From Octopus sinensis (taxonomy: Eukaryota), in the NCBI RefSeq assembly GCF_006345805.1, contig NW_021835762.1, positions 1 to 38,758 on the forward strand: a stretch of 38,758 nucleotides of DNA, in the 5' to 3' direction. The notes beneath the pieces were generated by a model that was not told where the DNA came from, made no database searches, and saw only the letters and a list, made by a program, of their open reading frames with translations. Position 1 is the stretch's first letter; each line of letters starts with the position of its first letter. Position numbers and translations under genes: made by a program. This document shows positions 25,883-38,725 of the stretch, piece after piece.

Positions 25883-26068
25883 TCAGTGGTTAGAGCGTCG
25901 CGCTTACAATAGTGAGGTTGTGAGCTCGAATCCCGGACCGGGCTGCCTGTTGTGTTCTTGAGCAAGACACTTTATTTCACGTTGCTCCAGTCACTCAGCT
26001 CTAGAAAAGAGTTGCGACATCACAGGTGACAAGCAGTATTGGCCTTTGAGTTTCCCTTTGATAACATT
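25883..26068 (+). mobile_element. SINE family C (3'-truncated)
   Basis: A box tcagtggttagagc, B box gctcgaatccc, then gttcttgagcaagacacttt; homologous to 33506-33790. Confidence 0.85.
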
Positions 26069-26105
26069 GATTATATATATATAAGCGCCTATATTTGTAA
26101 ATAAG

Positions 26106-26309
26106 AAGGGAACGAGCTGGCAGAAACGGTAGCACGCCGGGCGAAATGCATAGTGTTATTTCGTCTGCCGTTACGTTCTGAGTTCAAATTTGCCTTCCAT
26201 CCTTTCGGGGTCAATGAATTAAGTACTAGTTTCGCACTGGGGTCGCTGTAATAGACTTAATCCCTCTGTCTGTCCTTGTTTGTCCCCTTGTGGGCAATAA
26301 TGATATAAG
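26106..26309 (+). mobile_element. SINE family A, long tail, small internal deletion
   Basis: gagctggcagaaacggtagcacgccgggcgaaatg...gttctgagttcaaatt...ttgtgggcaataa. Confidence 0.85.
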
Positions 26310-26312
26310 AAA

Positions 26313-26508
26313 CAGCACGCAGGGCAGAATTCTTAGCCGTATTTCATCTGTCTTTACGTTCTGAGTTCAAATTCCGCCGAAGTCGACTTTGCCTTTCATC
26401 CATTCAGGGTCGATAAATTATCTACCATTTGCGTACTGATGTCAGTAAAGTCGACTGGCCCCCTCACCAAAAGTTTCGGGCCTTGTGCCTCGAGCAGAAA
26501 AGAAAAGA
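26313..26508 (+). mobile_element. SINE family A, short-tail variant
   Basis: Same head and core, with tail gtcgactggccccctcaccaaaagtttcgggccttgtgcct. Confidence 0.8.
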
Positions 26509-27882
26509 AGTCAAAAATAATCTCAAAAATATGAATATTCTTAGTGAGATATGCATGAAATGCAATAATTGAATAGTAACCATATTTTCTTCGCTATTTT
26601 CATTTTAATCCGACAAATTCCGCTTTTACTCGATTAAATCCTTGATTGATTTTTGTATATATTTATTTTTACCCTTTCTTTGTGTATAAAATGCGTTTTT
26701 TTTACTATAGTTGTATACTTCTATTAGTTAACGCTAATACCGTCTCCATAGTTTTACTTTCTAGTTTGATCTTTGCTATTATTTATTATTTTATTACCTC
26801 TTCGCATAGTTTATTATGCTTGTGTATATTTCTCCCAAAATCCAGCATAATAGTACTTCAACAACCACCAATATATTTATTTGGACAATAAATCTATATT
26901 ACCTAGTTATAAATAATTGAAACTATATAGTCCTGTCTGGTCTACTAACCATTACTTTAAACTTTATTACTCCAAATAGTTTTCCTACAGTTAATACTAA
27001 ACACCAGTTGCTTATATTCTTCTATTATCTACTGAGATATTAACCAGTTTATATACCTCTGTAATTTAAATAAACATTCAAATTCTAAATATACTTTTCC
27101 TTCAACAATGCTACTTCTTTCAAATGTCAACCAATATTATTTATCGAACTTAGAGAATACAGGGATATATATATATAGATAGATAACGCCTAGAATCCTT
27201 ACCGACTGATTTTATCATTCCCTTCACAGTAGTTGTATTTTAAAGAACGCTTCTCTATAACTAGATTACAAGTATTGTTACTTAGAAACGAATCTTGCCC
27301 CACCTTTCATTTAATTTATCCGTAGCATAAAATGCAATAACAATTTTTCGAAAAGTTCACGTGTACTTGAATGAGTTTTGTAAATTACAAAGTAAAATAT
27401 ATATTTTTTCAAATCTCCGATATGATATTCGTTCAAACTATCAACACAAAATATCTTGATTATAATTATGAATCTACTTTCCATGGTATACATACTTCCA
27501 TCTCCATCCTGGAAGTCCTTACGGCAAGAAAGATTTCTATTTACGTTATAAATTACCACTATGGTGATGTAATTGCATTTTACTCCATATTGAATATATA
27601 ATTTTTTCTAAAGCACTTTCTAATAGATGTAAAGTTTTATTTTTAATCAAATATATCGCAATATATAATATATATTTTAAATAATTTGTATCTAATTTAT
27701 TAAACCAGCAAAGGTTAAGATGTGTGCACGTGGTATAAGTATATATATATGTGTGTGTGTGTATACACACATCTGTGAGAGTATGTACATAGACACACAC
27801 GCATATACACACACACTCACGAACACATACGCATATATCTAGACATATACCATATATATACAGAGAGAGAGAGAGATGTGTG

Positions 27883-27928
<46 letters not shown>

Positions 27929-27992
27929 CACACACAGCCATACACACACACACACACACACACATATATATCGCTAATATACTTATGAGTAT

Positions 27993-28856
27993 ACGTGGCT
28001 GTAATAAAAAAGTTTGCTTCCCAACAACTTTGTTCCGGGTTCAGTCCCACTACGTGGCATTTTGGGCGAGTATCTTCTACTATACCCTCGGGCCAACCGT
28101 AGCCTTTTGAGTAGATTTGGTAGACGGAAGCTGAATGAATCCCGTCGTGTGCGTGTGTGTGTGTTTCTGTGTTTGTGTTTGTACCTCCAACATCGCTTGA
28201 CAACCGATGCTGGTGTGTTTACGTCCCCGTAACTTAGCCGTTCGGCCAGAGAGGACCGATAGAATAAGTACTAGGCTTGCGAAGAATGATGACTGAAACA
28301 AGTAAAAGATTAAAAGAATATAATGCCTCTATCTTTGGTATGCATTATCTAAGCAGAACATGGCGGAATAAACAAGAGAAATCTATAATTCCAAGTGAAC
28401 TTAATCTTCATATATGTATTGACGCGAATTTGTTACATAACATAACTTCAACATCGTGGCATTTTGGGCGAGTATCTTCTACTATAGCCTCGGGCCAACC
28501 GTAGCCTTTTGAGTAGATTTGGTAGACGGAAGCTGAATGAATCCCGTCGTGTGCGTGTGTGTGTGTTTCTGTGTATGTGTTTGTACCTCCAACATCGCTT
28601 GACAACCGATGCTGGTGTGTTTACGTCCCCGTAACTTAGCCGTTCGGCCAGAGAGGACCGATAGAATAAGTACTAGGCTTGCGAAGAATAATGACTGAAA
28701 CAAGTAAAAGATTAAAAGAATATAATGCCTCTATCTTTGGTATGCATTATCTAAGCAGACCATGGCGGAATAAACAAGAGAAATCTATAATTCCAAGTGA
28801 ACTTAATCTTCATATATGTATTGACGCGAATTTGTTACATAACATAACTTCAACAT
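27993..28856 (+). mobile_element. SINE family B with a 402-bp tandem duplication of its body plus 3' flank
   Basis: Units 28053-28454 and 28455-28856; I count 4 substitutions between them. Confidence 0.9.
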
Positions 28857-30221
28857 CCTTAGTATGGATTTCTGATTTTGGTGCCTGTATCCAAAAAAAT
28901 TATCCCGGCAGTCCTCCTGGCACGTGCCTTCCAAGAAGGTAATGAAGAAATGAACGAAATCTTCAGTACAACGTTTGGGGTGGAGGTATAACTAAATACA
29001 TCGCTAATATTGTTCTGAGTGATTTTTTTTTTCTTTTTTTACCCAGTTAGGACAGGAAAAAGATGCATTCGAGATTGCTATTAGCCAAAACCTAAGGGAA
29101 AGCTCTGCAGACAACAGATCAAGTGTCTTGGAAATCTATGTAATGTGTGATGCCTGCGTAACCAAAACATTCTTTGATGGTAAGCTGATACATTCAGAAA
29201 CCTATATATATGTCATAGATATGAAATTGAGATCGATTTCATCTGATATCAGTAAGCGATGGAAGAAAAATGTGTTCAAAACTTTGGTTTAAATCACTAA
29301 AGGAAGGTAGCTATCAAGATGAAACTGAAGAATTTTTATCTAAAAGAGGCAAAAGCTTTATATGTATGCATATATGTATGTATAAAAATATACACATGTA
29401 TATATATATATATATTATATATATATATATAATAACTATACACATATATACACATATATATGCATATATTATATATATATATACATTTATTATATATATA
29501 TATACATATTATATATATATATATATAAATATATATATATATATGTATGATTGTATGTATGTATATATAAGACTATATACGTATATAAGGATGTGTGCAT
29601 GTGTATACACAGATGCGGGTGAGTGTGAGCGTGGGGTGGGGTATTTATTCCTGTGTCTTCAGGTTTAGATCAATGCTGAAAAGAATTCAAAGATATTGCT
29701 TCTGAGACAGTGAAATACAATATGAAGAAAGAGAAAAGAATGTTGAGAGAGCAGCGGATATCGGCCAATATATTGGCTTTTATAGATAAGAGAAGAAGAC
29801 AAAAATTTAAGACGGTTCTTCGCAGTACAATAAAGAGAAAAATACGTTGTCGCGAAGATAAAGTATGTTAGAAAAATGCGAAGAATACACTGCTAAATGT
29901 ATTGAGTCAAGAAGCGTATACATGGTACTCAGACAGCTGTCGGCGAATGGAAGCCAAAATGGATAGTTTTCGATAAAAGTTAGGAATATTGAATGACTTA
30001 TGACAGCGAAGACCTATACCAAATGACGAACGAAACTTACCAAAATGCTGTAAATAATTTCGAACCTGTTGATATTTTACATATCTCCCATTGTTTAAAA
30101 CATCCTGGCATAGTTTTAGAGAAATCTTGTAGGAGAAATTTCAGAAACGATTAAAATCATTGAAAATGATTAACAAAACTGCAGATATGAATAGGAGTCA
30201 TGTGAGCAACCCTACAATAAT

Positions 30222-30821
30222 AAGGCAGTGAGCTGGCAGAATCATTAGCACGCCGGGCGAAAGGCTTAGCGGTATTTCGTCTGCCGCTACGTTCTGAGTT
30301 CAAATTCCGCCGAGATCGACTTTGCCTTTCATCCTTTCGGAGTTGATTAAATAAGTACCTGTTACGCACTGGGGTTGATATAATCGGTTTAATCCGTTTA
30401 TCTGTCCTTATTTGTCCTCTCTGTTTTTAGCCCCTTGTGGGTAGTAAACAAATGGGTATTTCGTCTGCTGTTAAGTTCTGAGTTCAAATTCCGATGAGGT
30501 CGAATTTGTCTTTCATCCATTCCGGGTCGATAAATTAAGTACCAGTTATGCACTGGGGTTGATATAATCGACTTAATCCGTTTGTCTGTCCTTGTTTGTC
30601 CTCTCTGTGTTTAGCCTCTTGTGGGTAGTGAAGAAATAGGTTTTTGCCCGTCGCTTCGTTCTGAGTTCAAATTCCGCCGAGGTCGACTTTGCTTTTCATC
30701 CTTTCCGGGTCGAAAAATTAAGTACCAGTTACGCAGTGGGGTCGATGTAATCGACTTAATCCGTTTGTCTGTCCTTGTTTGTCCCTTCTATGTTTAGCCC
30801 CTTGTGGGCAATAAAGAAATA
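30222..30821 (+). mobile_element. SINE family A head-to-tail trimer (184-bp period)
   Basis: Full head (gagctggcagaatc A box, gttcaaattcc B box); the repeated unit starts at 30271, 30455 and 30639. Confidence 0.92.
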
Positions 30822-31178
30822 TGAATAATACCGGTGCTGTTTCTTAAGGTTCTTTCAAGTTTTTCGTTTATCTACTCTTCGTTGTATGATATAGATTTGT
30901 CCGTTGAGTTAGATGCGAACAATCTCTAATTCAAGTTTTGATTGGATAATCCTTAGAGTCAATTATTTCAAAGCATGTTGTTGTTTGAATATTTATTATT
31001 CATTTCTACGGTGAAAATGGGAATTTCCTCATGTGCAAGCATCACAGCACTTGTTCTTATCTAGTATTTAGTAGATTATCTTTGGATGCAAAAATCAAGT
31101 AATATTCTTCTAAACATAGGTCACTTTGTTTTAGTTCCAGCTCCGTATACACACACACACACATACATATATATATAT

Positions 31179-31260
<82 letters not shown>

Positions 31261-31452
31261 CAATATTATATAAATAATAAATATTAGGGAATAAATCCAA
31301 ATTTACAGGGAAAAAAATCAGATTTAGGATTAAATCCAATTTTATAGTAAAATATTATAAAATATTATTAGAGACAAAACCACTATTTTGCAAAACAAAC
31401 AAGGAAAGACTTAATCAATACATAAAATTTTAATAAATAGTCAAAAAAACCG

Positions 31453-31495
31453 CCACTACAATCGTTTCTTGTCTTGATCGACAATCTTCAGGTGG
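31453..31495 (-). ncRNA. Mirror copy of the same hammerhead motif
   Basis: Exact reverse complement of 31566-31608. Confidence 0.8.
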
Positions 31496-31565
31496 ACTTC
31501 CAATAAGTCAGTTTCAAATTATGAAGTCATAATTATTCATAATTTGAAACTGACTTATTGGAAGT

Positions 31566-31608
31566 CCACCTGAAGATTGTCGATCAAGACAAGAAACGAT
31601 TGTAGTGG
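31566..31608 (+). ncRNA. Minimal type I hammerhead ribozyme motif
   Basis: CCAC CUGAAGA UUGUC gaucaa GACAA GAAA C gauu G UA GUGG; predicted cleavage after A31604 (GUA). Confidence 0.8.
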
Positions 31609-31695
31609 CGGTTTTTTTGACTATTTATTAAAATTGTATGTATTGATTAAGTCTTTCCTTGTTTGTTTTGCAAAATAGTGGTTTTGTCTCTAATA

Positions 31696-31734
<39 letters not shown>

Positions 31735-31735
<1 letters not shown>

Positions 31736-31950
31736 ATCCAAACAAGAAAGCAAAAACAAAAAAACAACTACGCAAGAACGTGGAACAAATAAAGTATTAT
31801 TGGACGCTCAAGAAAGAAGGGAAGAAGGAGGGTTTGACGTTTAGAGCGGAGCTCTTCGTCGGAAACATAGGAGAAGGAAAGATCCCGAGAAGGGAAGACA
31901 GGGGAAAAATCGCTAGTGATACAGACGAGGTCACATATATATACATGTAA
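31735..31950 (-). mobile_element. Penelope-like pLTR relic with a decayed hammerhead
   Basis: The minus strand at 31865-31833 reads UUU CCGACGA A GAGC ucc GCUC UAAA C GUC AAA. The core has U4>C and G12>U changes; helix II is retained. Confidence 0.45.
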
Positions 31951-33045
31951 GATGGATGACCACTACGTGGACATATTATGCTACAAGTAGATCCACTAAG
32001 AAAGAAATGTTCTCAAGAAAATTTAGCAAAACATGTTTAAAAGATACAATGTTTACTAGTTTCAATAATATCTAATCAGATGATTTTAATAACTAGACCA
32101 CTGGTTTGAAATTGATATTAATCAAATTAATATTCAATTTTTCACACTTATTATTGGTGCTGGTTGTGAATTATATATATAGACAATCTATAGTTTATCG
32201 CTTAAAATGAGAACATTGCACTGCTAACACGGAAAGTAAGATGGAATATTGACTGGTAAAGCTTTCATACTTTTGGTGGTATATTATGGTTGCAAAACGA
32301 AATACTGTATCCTTGCTAGTAATTAACAAATACACACACACACGCACACGCATACACGCACATGCACACGAGCGCACACACGTTTGTGTGTGTATGAGTC
32401 TGTGTGTATATGTATATATATATATATACATAATGGTATAAATTTCTAGTTTCTGCAGGCACAGAATTGGAATGCATCTATGCATCTCCCACTTGATTTT
32501 GTTCTGCGAAAAACTATAGAGGGGGCACGCTACTTATTATTTTCATTTTTTTTCTAACACTATAAGTTGTAAACATATTTCATAAAATATGAATATACTG
32601 AATCCTTATTTATTATTTGCTTCGAAATTCCAAAATAATAACACAGTCAATGCTTTTGATACCTGGCACATACGTGTCTTTCAATAACATATTGTACGTG
32701 CCCCAACACCATAATTTAAAGTTGTGTGTCTATTCCTGTAGATTCAAAACAAACATCACCACATTATTTTCATCATTCCTATACATAATAAATCATTGAA
32801 ACCATATATATAAGGGGCGTCCATTATTTGCTAAATATGGAATTAAGACGAAACAAATTTGAAATTCCAGTCGTTATCAATAGTTATCTGCCTAGTATTT
32901 CCAGGACTACACAATCAATACTAACAGGAATATATTATAAATAATTCTACAATATATAATACAAGTTTAAGTCTACTTTATTTCCGCGTTACTTTACCTA
33001 ATACATATACACATCTCTCGTAGTTTCGATTGTTATCTGTATAAC

Positions 33046-33208
33046 GCACAGGCGAGGCTATGTGATAAGAAGCTTGCTTCTAAACCACATGGTTCCATGT
33101 TCAATCCCACTGCGTGGCATCTTGATCGGATGTCTTCTACCCAGCTTCTAGTAGCTGACCAAACACTTGTGAATGGATTTGGTAGACAGAAACTGGAAGT
33201 AATCCGTC

Positions 33209-33290
<82 letters not shown>

Positions 33291-33492
33291 CTTTCTGTCA
33301 TCGCTTGACAACCGATGGTGGTGTGTTTATGTCCCCGTAATTTAGTGGTTCAGCAAAAGCGACCGATAGAATAAGTACTAGGCTTACAAATAACAACTCC
33401 TGGGGTCGATTGCTTCGACTAATACTTTTGAAGGATCCACCATGGCCGCAGTCAAATCACTGAAATTAGTAAAAGTGTAAAACAGTAAAAGA
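33046..33492 (+). mobile_element. SINE family B, near full length, with internal (TA)n(TG)n
   Basis: tRNA-like head, internal microsatellite at about 33210-33289, core gatagaataagtactaggctt...ctggggtcgat, tail catggccgcagtcaaatcactgaaa. Confidence 0.9.
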
Positions 33493-33505
33493 TAGCGTAA
33501 GGGAA

Positions 33506-33790
33506 GGCGCGTGGCTCGATGGTTAGAGCATCAGATTCACGATCATGAGATAGTGAGTTCGATTTTCCGGACCGGTTTGTATGTTGTGTTCTTGAGCAAG
33601 ACACTTTGTTTCCCATTGCTCCAGTTCACTCAGCTGTAGAAAGGATTTGCGATGTCACTGGTGCCAAGCTTTTGTCTTTCCCTTTGAGTGATGTGGTGAT
33701 GCTGTGGCTGGCATGCATGGGCGACTGTTAGTCTTGTATAAACAACCTTGCCCGCAATCTCGTAGTCATTCATGACCGAAGGGTGTCTTT
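33506..33790 (+). mobile_element. SINE family C
   Basis: ggcgcgtggctcgatggttagagc (A box), gagttcgattt (B box), gttcttgagcaagacacttt, tail cattcatgaccgaaggg. Confidence 0.88.
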
Positions 33791-33904
33791 TCCTTCAGCT
33801 TATCGTTATAAGGCGATAACGCTATCCTGTAATTTTGCAATACTGACATCTTATAAGTACAGATTTGCGTCATGTAGAAACTGATAGAGTATTTTAATAC
33901 ATAT

Positions 33905-34136
33905 GGCCAGCTGGCCGAAACGTTAGCATGCCGGGTGAAATGCTTAACGGTATTTCGTCTGCCGCTACGTTCTCAGTTCAAATTCCGCTGAGGTCGACTT
34001 TGCCTTTCATCCTTTCCGGCTCGATAAATTAAGTACCAGTTACGCACTGGGGTCGATGTAATCGACTTAATCCGTTTGTCTGTCCTTGTTTGTCCCCTCT
34101 GTGTGTAACCCCTTGTGGGCGGTAAAGAAATAAGAA
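33905..34136 (+). mobile_element. SINE family A monomer with a 15-bp target-site duplication
   Basis: tattttaatacatat occurs at 33890-33904 and 34137-34151, flanking a complete copy. Confidence 0.93.
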
Positions 34137-34540
34137 TATTTTAATACATATTAATTTTCAAATAAATATACTTTGAAACACCGAGAAAAAGTGGAATATT
34201 TTTTTAGAAATGAAGGATGTCTGAAACGCTGGCGATTAGTTTCCAGGTGTCGCAACAGTGATTCGACCTATGACATTTTAACTCTCTGTAGCACCTCTTG
34301 GACACTGTTTTTCCGACCCTATGGGAACAATTCTATGTACTATACTGGATACATGTGGTGTTCGCCAGGTATGTTGATTTTTTGTTCATTTTTATGTGTC
34401 TTGATTATGCTGGCACTGACGATTAAAAAGTGCATTTTGCGCACTAATTAATAAATCATATGTTCTGCAACTGAAACTGTTTTTAAGATGCTCGCTTCGA
34501 GAGTTGCATTCCCTCTCGTTCGATATAATATGTTTATTAT

Positions 34541-34712
34541 GGTAGATTTAACTTTAAGAGTCACTCCTAGCGTGAGACATTTATGTATAGTAATGCCCTT
34601 AATATAAATATATATATTTAAAGGGAATAATTAATAAATTAATACATTCTTAAATAAATAATTAATAAATTAATTAATTTTCCCCGTACAATGTTTTTCA
34701 CGCTAACTACTT
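34541..34712. repeat. Rearranged copy of the 5270-5408 modules
   Basis: Module B is direct (34541-34605); module A is inverted (about 34625-34712) and contains (TAAT)n. Confidence 0.6.
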
Positions 34713-34753
34713 GATAAAGTCTTATAAAAATGTTATCCTATTTTCAAATTATA

Positions 34754-34789
<36 letters not shown>

Positions 34790-35056
34790 TGTATGTATGT
34801 ACGTATATATGTATGTATATATTTGTGTATATGTGTATTTGAATATGTGGAGACAAATACTGTGCGTGACAGGTTAATAATTGATGTTTCTATGTCGAAA
34901 GCGACTAAAGGAAACCTCTTTTGGAGAACCTTATTTTGGGGCAGTTAATAGAGGTAGCCTTATATATGCTGAGATCAATACAATTATGTAATTAGTCTTC
35001 ACACATACAACTTATTTACACACGAATGTGCGCTTTTATGTATAGAAATGTTTATG

Positions 35057-35097
<41 letters not shown>

Positions 35098-37554
35098 ATA
35101 TATATATGCATGTGTGAATCTGTGAATGAATGAATGGCTGAATAAAGCAATGTGTCAAGGAACGAATAAAATGAAATGAATATTCTTGAAAAATCTAAAT
35201 TCATTGTCTCGCCCACTAACCTGTACTTTGCTCGGTGTTTGCTGATAAATGTTGTATTTCTTCTTTGGCCTTGGACTTGTGCGTGATTGAATTACTGCTG
35301 TGGGCGATGTTTAATTGACACAAGAGAGAAGTTATGAGGAAGTGAAATGTCAGGTTTAATCATAACATGTTGGGCTAAATGATGATGTTTTATGCGTTCT
35401 GTAGTTAATACAGAGCAATTGTGTATGGGGTTGTTGTGGGGGTGAAAATAAAATGAAGAAGCAATAGTAATAACCAGAAGGAAAGAAGGGGAAGCCAGAA
35501 ACAACAAATCAACAACAAAAATAACGGCAAAAAATCAACCATTAACAATTATAAAACTAAGGACAAGCATAAAAATATAAGTAAAAAAAATGACAAAGAA
35601 AACAAAATATCGACAATGTCGTGCCGCCATCTATGAATTATGCAGACTCGTTTTCGTTTGTTGTCTAACAGAGAGATCTATGATTACAGCAGGCTAATAA
35701 ACCGGAAGCCCACAAATTAAACATGGACGACAGCTTTAAGTCTGCCCATAGAATACACAAATATTAATAAACACGCTAACAAACATAACGAAAACAACAA
35801 AGATACAAAGTAATTCAGCTTTCATTTAACCAACTGTCCGAAAGTTATCTGTCCAATGAATTTAGACGTGAATGTCTGGCTTTAAATCGCTGAAACTTTA
35901 GGAATTGAGGTTAGTTTAAAATAGGATGCACAACTCAGTACTTACACAGCAAACTGAAATCTTTAGTCTTTTACGGCACGAATTTTCAAACATAATATTA
36001 TCGATTTAGTTACTTTGGTTCCAGTAAACTATCAACATGGCTGGACAATAAAAACAAAGAGAAAGAAAAAGAAAAAGAGTCAATACGAGAAGGTATTGAA
36101 AAAGTAGATTGCGTGTCAGGAATGCATCGTTTTTATTTCTTTGTGTTTCTCACAAGAATTTATAAATCTTTCTGCATCAGTCTCATGCAATTTTTTCATT
36201 TGATTATAAAATAGTTGGTGTAAGCAAATACTAGTAAAGTGAGGGAAATGAATCTGCAGAAGACTGGCAGCGTAGCCAAGAAGAGACTTAACTCACTTCT
36301 GCTGGAAGAAAAAGCTGTATCTCCGCCGACAATTTACATACTCCAATATACTGAATTGAGAAGAGCACCTTTCACACTAATGGCTTTGTAAAAAAATGAA
36401 TACTCGAGCTACAGAATTGAAGAGAGTAAAACATTCCAGTTATTTCGTCTGGCACACTATATGTGCGGTAAGGTGCAAAATCCTTAGCGCAGGGTCATGT
36501 CTGTCCCAATTACAGACATAAGTATGTATGTATGTATGTATGTATTTATGCATGTATGTCATTATTCAGCATATTTGAAGATTTCATGCCAATCGATAAA
36601 GAACCGATTTCTAACCTAAATCCCAAAGCTCCTTCATTGGAATTTATTTTTGTTTGCCTCTATGTATGTATATATGTATGTGTATGTATGAATGTATGTA
36701 GAGAATTCACGAAAAAAACAAAAGACAAAGACAGGTGGTGTAGACAACAACCAGATGTATTAGTACAACGCTCAGGAATTGAAAAAGTCTTTAACGTTTC
36801 GAACCTACGCTCTTCCACAGAAAGGAACACAGAAAGAAACAAGGAGAGAAGAAAAATGTGTGTAGTGGCTACCGATCTATCATGGCGAAAATGTATGTAT
36901 GTATGTATGTGCATATTTGTATGTTTTATGTATCTATACTCATGTATATAGTTGCATATCTAGACAAGCTCATATATATTTAAATGATAAACTTCTGGAA
37001 AGTTTTACAGATTTTTTCCGTTCCAGTGATGGATTGGATCTGTAGTCTTTGAATTAGCTTTCTCCTTTCTGGTTTTGAGAAGCCTAATTTCTCAAGATTG
37101 GTATTTAGGCAGAGTGTTACATAAATCGAGGGATTGGAGCGCGTATAATCCAAGTTACATATGTGGCCTGAGTTAATTCAAGAATCCTTAACGACAATGT
37201 AATTTTCATGTAATTAAGGAATCTGAGGTCTGATGAGTAGGTACCTGAATAACCTCTCACTGAGTAATTACTACATCCACTAATTAAGTAACATGTAGCT
37301 TGCATTTTACCTGCTTCACTCACTTATTTTGGATTTCATTTTACATTCGTTGCTAATCGTGAGATGTAATCAATTTTTTTCATCTTATCGAACCTTCATA
37401 ATAGAAACGCCTACAATCTTTGATGCAAGTAAGATATTATTGTACTAGAACGCTCTTTTTTATACACACCACGGTCTGTTCGAAGCTTACGGATTTCCTA
37501 CACTTAGATCCTTGAATCTTAATAATCACACGCGCGTATGCGCACACACACATT

Positions 37555-38112
37555 ATATATTACGAGCAAAACGCCCCCCCCCCCCGTCCAATGGACGGCG
37601 CTGGATCATATCTGCTGAATAAAAAGCAATCAGTGTTTTATTTTCATTAAAATATAATTAAGTATGCCTTTATTTCAATAATTTTTTTTGATTTTGTTAA
37701 ACGAAGTTAAGGCAAAAAAAAATTAAACTTCTTGAGAGACCAAATAGTCTTTCCTTCCTTCATGCCAAGTTTGAAGCAAATATCTCTTTTACATCTTACG
37801 TTTGTGGTATCTTAAATATACTGCATTTTGTGGCATTATTTCAAGCCAGCCGCCTTTTTTTGCGCAAACTGCACGTGCATTTTTCTCGCGTACGCGTAGT
37901 ATTGATCGCAATAGTTGATGTACTTGCGCGTACAAATGCACGTTCTCACGGCCTTATCGATCGCATTCTCACCTGGAATCGATTTTTGTAATTTTTTCAT
38001 GACTTATACACGCCCTGATACCGTCGGTATCTACATATCAAATTTGAGCGCAATCGGATGGAGGATGCCCGAGATCTTAAAAGACACACAGACAGACAGA
38101 ACGGATTTTATA
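37555..38112 (+). mobile_element. Probable Helitron/Helentron-related non-autonomous element (DINE-1/HINE-like)
   Basis: Subterminal hairpin CCGTCCA-A-TGGACGG at 37584-37598; motifs ccaagtttgaagcaaat and caaatttgagcgcaatcggatg; (CAGA)n near the 3' end. A possibly similar 3' end lies at about 19060-19280. The classification is from recalled family features. Confidence 0.45.
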
Positions 38113-38655
38113 TAATATATATATTACATATTGATTGTCAAAGGTATTAACGCAAATATTTCAAACATTTAGAAGACTACTTAAGCATACTAAACTAGGT
38201 ACTGAATTTTGACGGGTAGCTTTACAAGATAGTGTTAAAGATTATATTTTTACATGATTTAATTTAAGAGATTAGCTTGTTTCCCAAACTGTTCAATGCT
38301 TCTGGTAAATTATTACTGTCACAATCAAAACACCGGTTAGTTATTTCTGTCACTATCATAAATAGCAGTTAGCTCCATGCAGAATTGTATCGATGTCCAG
38401 TTTCCTAAACCGAGGCGCCGAATCTTTATAAGATTTGATGACGTTCACCACGGAACGTCAGAGATTGCATACAATATGTCGATTCCATTAGCTCAGCTGC
38501 CTGGAAAGAAGCGCTTTAATTGTGCAAATGTGTCTCTAGCAGTACATAGGAGACGATATGTATATGAATGCAAGAGTGTGTTGTGTCTGGAGAATTTTCT
38601 GCTTGTGTTAACGAGTGTGTGAAAGGCTGATTATGCGTGTATATATTGGTATATA

Positions 38656-38725
<70 letters not shown>

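Larger units (their letters stand above)
31285..31705. repeat. Near-perfect 170-bp inverted repeat (Penelope-like pLTR palindrome)
   Basis: 31356-31525 versus 31536-31705, one mismatch by my reading, 10-bp spacer. The left arm extends about 70 bp further. Confidence 0.95.

Noticed and set aside
29700-30080. Possible RTE remnant (plus; TWYSDSCRRMEAKMDSF, SEDLYQMT)
   Set aside because: Suggestive spacing, but too degenerate to call without an alignment.
33506-33580. tRNA gene calls for the SINE heads; CRISPR-like reading of the 184-bp arrays
   Set aside because: The heads continue into SINE bodies and lack a proper acceptor stem. The arrays have no repeat-spacer structure and the context is eukaryotic.
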